Shown here in pieces: positions 58,101 to 64,000 of a DNA stretch of 64,000 nucleotides (within the stretch, counting starts at the first letter, position 1; every line of letters starts with the position of its first letter). The translations under genes were made by a program, and so were the position numbers. The notes under the pieces were generated by a model, which did no database searches, had not been told where the DNA came from, and was given only the letters and a program-made list of their open reading frames with translations. This stretch comes from an uncultured Fibrobacter sp. (GTDB lineage Bacteria; Fibrobacterota; Chitinivibrionia; Chitinivibrionales; Chitinispirillaceae). The stretch covers positions 812 through 64,811 of the forward strand of contig CAYPMS010000008.1 in NCBI GenBank assembly GCA_964411655.1, in the 5' to 3' direction.

Positions 58101-61100
58101 CTCCTTGCGCTAAAGGCATGGAGGCCCAATGCTGGTACCGGTTCCATCTCTGAACGACTTCCTCTTTAGCCTTTTTTAAAAGATGTGCTGCTTTATCAGG
58201 ATTACTGCGAAGAAGCAATGAATAGCGGGTTTCGTTGTAAATGTAATCCTCCAGAGGTACCGAAGGAGATCTGCTGTCAAGTTGAAGAGGATTTTTTCCC
58301 TCTTTCTGCAGTCTCGGATCGTATCGAAGTAAAGGCCAGTAACCACTCTCTACCGCCAGGCGCTGTTGATCATTACCATGAACCAGATTGAAACCCTGTC
58401 CGATACACTGGGCATAAGCCACAATAAGCGAAGTTCCCTCATATTGATCGGCTTCCCTGAATGCCTTTATAGCTTGCGCCTGATCTGCCCCCATAGCAAC
58501 CCGGGCTACATACACTGAACCATAACTCATGGCCATCATCACCAGATCTTTTTTTCCACTGCTCTTGCCGGCGGCCGCGAATTTAGCCACTGCACCGGGG
58601 GGCGTGGCTTTGGACATCTGCCCACCGGTATTTGAATACATCTCTGTATCCATCACCAGTATATTAACTTTGCGCCCCATAGAAAGGACATGGTCCAGTC
58701 CGCCAAAGCCAATATCGTAAGCCCAGCCATCACCACCCACAAGCCATATACTTTTTTTAATCAGTGCATCAGACAGGGCAAGCAGATCATCTGCATCCCT
58801 ATTGTCTATCTGTTTCAATCTTTCCCGTAAAGCTCTGACCCGCTCTCTCTGCTGCTCGATTTCTTCTGTACCATTCTGATCCGATCTGATCAGAGCCTCC
58901 ACCAGCTCTTTACCTACCTGCGGTTCCAGCCTATAAAGAAGCTCTTTACACTGCTCGATCTGTTTGTCAATGGCGATCCTGAATCCCAGCCCGAACTCCG
59001 CATTATCCTCAAAAAGAGAATTGGACCAGGCTGGCCCCTTTCCCTCTTTATTTACCCCCCAGGGAGTTACCGGTTCATTCCCTCCGTAAATTGAAGAGCA
59101 GCCGGTAGCATTGGCAATAAGCGCATGATCCCCAAAGAGTCTGCTAAGCAAAGTAAGATAAGGAGTCTCTCCGCATCCTGCACACGCTCCGGAAAATTCA
59201 AAGAGCGGAGTTACAAACTGCAGCTCCCGCATGCTCGATGCAGACCTGTCGTATTGGGGAAGATTCAGGAAAAACTCCCAGTTCTTCTCCCCGCTCAGAA
59301 GCAGCGGGTCCTTGGGTTTCATGTTCAATGCCTTTATCTTAGGTTCTTTACGATCTTTGCCCGGACAAACTTCCACACATACCCGGCATCCGGTACAATC
59401 CTGAGGCGATACTGCAACCGTATAGTATTGCCCTTCAAGCGACGGATGACGGGCAGGAACGAATTGAAATGATTCCGGAGCTCCGGCCAGATCTGCTTTT
59501 TCATATACTTTAGCCCTGACAACCCCATGTGGACACAATAAAGAGCATTTCCCGCATTGAATGCATAACTGCGGCTCCCAAACCGGAATCCAGGCAGAAA
59601 TTCCCCTTTTTAAATATTTACTGGTAGCACTGGGGAAAGTACCATCAGCATCGAATGCGCTGACCGGAAGCTCATCACCTCTGCCTCTCAGTATTCTGGC
59701 AGTGTTTAATTTTACAAACGGAGTTGCATCGGAACTTACCACCTCCAGCAGATCAAAAGTGCTGCCGGGTTGATCGGGAATCTTCAACTGGTGAAGGTTT
59801 CTTATTGAAGAGTCAACCGCCTCCTGGTTCATGGAAACAATTGTATCTCCGCTTTTTCCATAACATTGACAAATGTAGTCTTTGATTTTGCCGACCGCGG
59901 TCTGCTCCGGGATAAGCTTGCTGAGTGCAAAAAAACAGGTCTGCATTATTGTGTTGATACGCCCCCCCAGCCCGATTTGCGCAGCAATACTGTTGGCATC
60001 GATTACATACACCTTCAGTCTTTTTTCGATTATCGTTTTCTGTACAGATAAAGGAAATTTATCCCAGACCTCTTCCGGTGAATATGGGCTGTTAAGAAGA
60101 AAAGTTGCCTCTTCACCGGCATGCTGAAGCATGTCAATTTTTTGCAGAAAAACAAACTGATGACACCCGATAAAGTCAGCCTGATAGATCTGATAGGGAG
60201 AATTGATAGGTTTCTTATCGAAACGCAGGTGGGAAACAGTCATGGAACCGGATTTCATGGAGTCATATACAAAATACCCCTGCACATAATAATCAGTGGT
60301 CTCCCCTATAATCTTGAGAGTGTTCTTGTTGGCACTTACCGTTCCATCGGAACCATATCCATAAAATAAGGCACATATTCTCTCCCTGGGTTCTGAATAG
60401 TACCCCTTTTCTATGGATAAGCTCTTAAAGCTCACATCATCTTCTATTCCCACCGTGAAATGTTTCGGCATACAGTTCTTATGGAGACTGCTGAAAATGG
60501 AATGAACCATAGGAGGAGTAAATTCCTTTGATGACAAGCCATAGCGGCCACCTGTAATCTTAGGAATTCTGACCCAGGGGAAATCCTGGTTTCCCGCAGC
60601 TTCGTTAACAGAGGTAACCACATCGCAGTAAAGAGGCTCACCGGCACTTCCAGGCTCCTTGGTTCTGTCAAGAACCGCTATGGCTTTTACTGTGGTAGGA
60701 AGTGCTTTCAGCAGATGAGACCCCGAAAATGGACGGTAAAGACGAACTTTCAATACTCCAACTCTCTCATTTTTAATGTTTAACTGCTCGACCATCTCTT
60801 CTACCGTCTGAGCGGCAGAACCCATTACGACAATCACACGTTCTGCTTCCGGATCACCGCTATATTGGAAAAGATGGTAAGAGCGACCACTGAGCTTCTC
60901 AAAATCGATCATAACTTGTTCAACTACCGAAACAGCCCTGCTGTAGTAAGGGTTTGAAGCCTCCCGAGCCTGAAAAAAAATGTCAGGATTCTGTGAGCTT
61001 CCCCGGATAAAAGGTCGCTCAGGACTCAAAGAACGATACCGATGCTCGCGAACCAGATTATCATCGATCATCTTCCTCATCTGCTCTTCACTTAGTATGG

Positions 61101-61638
61101 CGATTTTAGAGATCTCGTGAGAGGTACGAAATCCATCAAAAAAATGAAGAAACGGGACCCTGGATTTAAGAGTTGAAGCCTGAGAAATAAGCGCAAAATC
61201 ATGTGATTCCTGCACCGAAGATGAACATAGGAAAGCAAAACCGGTGCTGCGGGTAGCCATCACATCACTATGGTCACAAAAAATGGAAAGTGCATGGGTA
61301 GCCACGGTTCTGGCTGCCACATGAATCACCATTGGATTAAGTTCTCCGGCAATTTTAAACATATTGGGAATCATCAGGAGTAAACCCTGGGAGGCGGTAA
61401 AAGTGGTGGTAAGCGATCCCCGCAGTAAAGAGCCGTGAGCAGCAGCTATCGCCCCCGCCTCGCTCTGCATTTCCACTATGTGGGGAACAGTCCCCCAGAT
61501 ATTCCTCTTTCCTGCAGATGCCCACAAATCCGCCATTTCTCCCATTGGAGAAGCTGGGGTAATAGGATAAATAGCCACCGTCTCGTTGGTACTGTAAGCC
61601 ACACTGGCTGCAGCCTCATTACCATCTACTGTTTTCAT
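58087..61638 (-). CDS. nifJ: Pyruvate:ferredoxin (flavodoxin) oxidoreductase, single-polypeptide type
   Basis: The N-terminus is MKTVDGNEAAASVAYS..., and two ferredoxin 4Fe-4S motifs (CIQCGKCSLLCP and CTGCRVCVEVCP) are present. The TPP domain has GGDGWAYDIG, and the length is about 1180 aa. The start is set at ATG 61638; the listed 43-aa N-terminal extension looks spurious. Confidence 0.93.
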   Translation of the reverse strand: MKTVDGNEAAASVAYSTNETVAIYPITPASPMGEMADLWASAGKRNIWGTVPHIVEMQSEAGAIAAAHGSLLRGSLTTTFTASQGLLLMIPNMFKIAGELNPMVIHVAARTVATHALSIFCDHSDVMATRSTGFAFLCSSSVQESHDFALISQASTLKSRVPFLHFFDGFRTSHEISKIAILSEEQMRKMIDDNLVREHRYRSLSPERPFIRGSSQNPDIFFQAREASNPYYSRAVSVVEQVMIDFEKLSGRSYHLFQYSGDPEAERVIVVMGSAAQTVEEMVEQLNIKNERVGVLKVRLYRPFSGSHLLKALPTTVKAIAVLDRTKEPGSAGEPLYCDVVTSVNEAAGNQDFPWVRIPKITGGRYGLSSKEFTPPMVHSIFSSLHKNCMPKHFTVGIEDDVSFKSLSIEKGYYSEPRERICALFYGYGSDGTVSANKNTLKIIGETTDYYVQGYFVYDSMKSGSMTVSHLRFDKKPINSPYQIYQADFIGCHQFVFLQKIDMLQHAGEEATFLLNSPYSPEEVWDKFPLSVQKTIIEKRLKVYVIDANSIAAQIGLGGRINTIMQTCFFALSKLIPEQTAVGKIKDYICQCYGKSGDTIVSMNQEAVDSSIRNLHQLKIPDQPGSTFDLLEVVSSDATPFVKLNTARILRGRGDELPVSAFDADGTFPSATSKYLKRGISAWIPVWEPQLCIQCGKCSLLCPHGVVRAKVYEKADLAGAPESFQFVPARHPSLEGQYYTVAVSPQDCTGCRVCVEVCPGKDRKEPKIKALNMKPKDPLLLSGEKNWEFFLNLPQYDRSASSMRELQFVTPLFEFSGACAGCGETPYLTLLSRLFGDHALIANATGCSSIYGGNEPVTPWGVNKEGKGPAWSNSLFEDNAEFGLGFRIAIDKQIEQCKELLYRLEPQVGKELVEALIRSDQNGTEEIEQQRERVRALRERLKQIDNRDADDLLALSDALIKKSIWLVGGDGWAYDIGFGGLDHVLSMGRKVNILVMDTEMYSNTGGQMSKATPPGAVAKFAAAGKSSGKKDLVMMAMSYGSVYVARVAMGADQAQAIKAFREADQYEGTSLIVAYAQCIGQGFNLVHGNDQQRLAVESGYWPLLRYDPRLQKEGKNPLQLDSRSPSVPLEDYIYNETRYSLLLRSNPDKAAHLLKKAKEEVVQRWNRYQHWASMPLAQGDGNG

Positions 61639-62013
61639 CTTCTCATTCAAAGTGAACCCTTTCACCCAAAAAACAGCCCTTCTCCAAAGTGGAAAAAGAG
61701 CAAAACAGCGGCCAGAAGTACATGATATTGGGTGATTACAGTATTTTAAAACTGAACCTGAACACATTTGGTTTTATCTAATGCCCCAGAATAAAAGTGT
61801 TTACAGCTCACAAAGTTTCCTCTGGAGTGTTAAAATCCTCCCTGTTATTCACCTGAAATTTGATCTAATAAAGATGAAAAGTGTACATATATTCTATTAT
61901 AGAAAAAGACCCCATCCATGAGAGGTATTCTTCACTATTTTAAAAAAAATCAGCTATATTAATAAATTTATAGGTTAATTCTGATAAATCTGTCGGTCAA
62001 AAAGAGGGGAAAA

Positions 62014-64000
62014 ATGATGTCTTTTAACTTCAGCAGCACTACCAGTTTATGCAAATATCTTTTGCTTTTCACTGTCAGCCTGGTGACAGCTCAAAACGTT
62101 ACTGTTAACCTGAACAGTGAGCAACAGTTGATGCGGGGCTTTGGAGGAATCAATCATCCTACATGGTACAAAGATCTAAATGCCCAAGAACGTGACCTTG
62201 CATTTGGAAATGGCCCTGGACAGTTGGGATTAACAATACTTCGTACATTTGTGTCAGATAATAAAAGTGAATGGTCTCTTGGCCTAGCTACTGCCCAGAG
62301 AGCGGTTGAGCTTGGAGCAATCGTGTTTGCATCCCCCTGGAATCCACCTGCCAGTATGACCGTTACTGTTAACGGCAAAAAAAGAATCAACCCCAATTCA
62401 TTCGCCGAATATGCAAAACACTTGAATGATTATGTAGAACACATGAGAAGCAATGGGGTTGAACTCTATGCAATCTCTACACAAAACGAACCGGATTATG
62501 CTAACGAATGGACTGAATGGTCGCCCACTGAATCGGTAAATTTTATTAAAGGATATCGCAATCTGATTTCCTGCCGGTTAATGACTCCGGAATCATTCCA
62601 GTACAAAAAAAATGTTTACGACCCGATTTTGAATGATCCGGATGCTCTTGCCAATGTAGATATTTTTGGTACACATCTGTATGGAACACAACTGGCAGAT
62701 TTTCCCTACCCTCTTTTTCAGCAAAAGGGTAAAGGAAAAGAACTCTGGATGTCAGAAGTGTATACAGACAGTAATAACGATGCCAATATCTGGAATCTGG
62801 CTCTGAATATGGCTGTTCATATTCATAACGCACTTGTTGAAGGCAGATTTCAGGCTTATGTGTGGTGGCCGCTTCGCCGTTACTATGCATTGATCCACGA
62901 TGGTGAAGGTGGACATGGAAGCAGTAATGTTGCTGCTGCGGGAACAGCTACCAAACGCGGATATGTCATGGCTCAGTTTTCCAAATACATTCGTAACGGT
63001 TATTTAAGGGTGGATGCGACTAAAAGCCCAAAAACCAATGTTTACGTTTCAGCATATAAAGGGAAAGACAGCGTAGTTATTGTACTGATCAATTCCAACT
63101 CATCTTCACAGACAATCGATATTTCTATACCAAATACAACTGTCAAGACATTCTCTAAAATCACAACATCAGCAAGCAAAAGTCTTAGTGACGACGGAAC
63201 TGTAACTGTTACTGACGGTTCATGCAGTGTGACTCTGGATGCACAAAGTATCACAACACTGGCAGGTTCGGGCTTTAAAGATCCTTCGGAACCCAAAGGC
63301 CCCTTTAATGAAACCCCACATGAGATCCCAGGACGCATTGAAGCAGAAGAGTATGACAAAGGCGGTGAGGGGCAGTCTTTCCATGAGGCAGATGCCAGTG
63401 GAAACCAGGGGCTGGCCAGTTTCAGAAATGATGAAGTCGATATCGAAGAAACAACCGACAGCTCCGGTGAGTACAACATCTGTTATACTCGTAAAAACGA
63501 ATGGCTGGAATATACCATATTCGTAAAGACCACAGGGAGCTACAACCTCGATCTGCGTGTTGCTTCTGATGGCGATGGTAAAACGTTACACATAGAAATG
63601 GATAGCACCATTTTGTCCGGACCTGTCAGTATCCCAAACACCGGAGGATACCAGAACTGGGCCACTGTTACTGTCAATAATATCAACCTCACCGAGGGAC
63701 AACATGTGATACGTTTAGTTTTTGATTCCGACTATCTGAACCTTAATTTCATGGAACTTCAATTAGCAACCAGTCTAAAAGGTAACAGAACCGCAGGTGG
63801 TAAAATGAGTCCCTGCTTCATCGATGCTTCCAGAATCAGGATTAACGGTCATTTCAGCTACCGCGTAACCGACATGAGAGGTTCGGTATTAGAAACAGGT
63901 AATGGAGTTAACGAACTCAAGTTCGGAAAATCCCTTGTTCCAGGCGTTTATTTAATATCGGTTAAAAATAACGCAGGGAAGTTTTCCAGAATGGTATTAA
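62014..64000 (+). CDS. GH30 (XynC-like) glucuronoxylanase - CBM6 - T9SS-type C-terminal sorting domain; 3' end cut by window edge (absent from the ORF track)
   Basis: My own translation from ATG 62014 (RBS AGAGGGGA) is open to nt 64000. It shows the following:
- A signal peptide.
- The GH30 pattern: MRGFGG, ISTQNEPDY (acid/base Glu) and ELWMSEV (nucleophile Glu).
- A CBM6-like module: IPGRIEAEEYD...YQNWATVTV...GQHVIRLVF.
- A terminal GVYLISVKNNAGKFSRMVL, typical of Por/T9SS CTDs. Confidence 0.8.
   Translation, partial: MMSFNFSSTTSLCKYLLLFTVSLVTAQNVTVNLNSEQQLMRGFGGINHPTWYKDLNAQERDLAFGNGPGQLGLTILRTFVSDNKSEWSLGLATAQRAVELGAIVFASPWNPPASMTVTVNGKKRINPNSFAEYAKHLNDYVEHMRSNGVELYAISTQNEPDYANEWTEWSPTESVNFIKGYRNLISCRLMTPESFQYKKNVYDPILNDPDALANVDIFGTHLYGTQLADFPYPLFQQKGKGKELWMSEVYTDSNNDANIWNLALNMAVHIHNALVEGRFQAYVWWPLRRYYALIHDGEGGHGSSNVAAAGTATKRGYVMAQFSKYIRNGYLRVDATKSPKTNVYVSAYKGKDSVVIVLINSNSSSQTIDISIPNTTVKTFSKITTSASKSLSDDGTVTVTDGSCSVTLDAQSITTLAGSGFKDPSEPKGPFNETPHEIPGRIEAEEYDKGGEGQSFHEADASGNQGLASFRNDEVDIEETTDSSGEYNICYTRKNEWLEYTIFVKTTGSYNLDLRVASDGDGKTLHIEMDSTILSGPVSIPNTGGYQNWATVTVNNINLTEGQHVIRLVFDSDYLNLNFMELQLATSLKGNRTAGGKMSPCFIDASRIRINGHFSYRVTDMRGSVLETGNGVNELKFGKSLVPGVYLISVKNNAGKFSRMVL

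Noticed and set aside
1-64000. A search for CRISPR arrays, IS elements or transposases, prophage genes, toxin-antitoxin pairs and rRNA.
   Set aside because: I saw no regularly spaced direct repeats and no transposase, integrase, recombinase or capsid-like ORFs. The only repetitive DNA is the in-frame TSP3-type repeat region inside the OmpA-family gene (46612-47111).

Overview
The window is a 64 kb chromosomal segment. It is densely coded, with about 50 supportable CDS and one tRNA-Leu. I found no rRNA, CRISPR array, transposase or integrase. Gene content points to a strictly anaerobic, diderm, motile bacterium. The evidence for anaerobiosis is PFOR, class III ribonucleotide reductase NrdDG and five radical-SAM proteins. 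The evidence for a diderm, motile lifestyle is sigma-54 and sigma-28 signals, FlgM, a pilMNOPQ type IV pilus operon and OmpA/secretin/porin-like outer-membrane proteins. A GH30-CBM6 xylanase carries a T9SS-like C-terminal tail, which suggests an FCB-group or Fibrobacterota-like organism, but this taxonomy is only an inference.

Most of the window is housekeeping: purB, gpmI, ettA, trxA, ldhA, dus, nrdDG and PFOR.

The strongest candidate for an undescribed system is at the left edge (1-7378). A TPR protein, truncated by the window edge, is translationally coupled to a 1660-aa single polypeptide. That polypeptide joins a BREX-type (BrxC/PglY-like) P-loop ATPase to a C-terminal PglZ alkaline-phosphatase-fold domain. 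A membrane protein with a bacterial PH-like domain and an overlapping dus gene follow it.

Secondary candidates:
- A TPR / degenerate receiver / ParA-ATPase::TM::M23-peptidase operon (11175-14113).
- A PP2C phosphatase whose GAF domain carries a 7-Cys insertion.
- A sulfur-trafficking module with a sigma-54 activator: CoADR-rhodanese-TusA-DsrE fusion, trxA and a Cys-rich PAS enhancer-binding protein.
- A secreted His/Tyr-rich protein.
- A lipoprotein plus TSP3-repeat OmpA pair.

All calls come from reading the translations and the DNA by eye. No searches were run.
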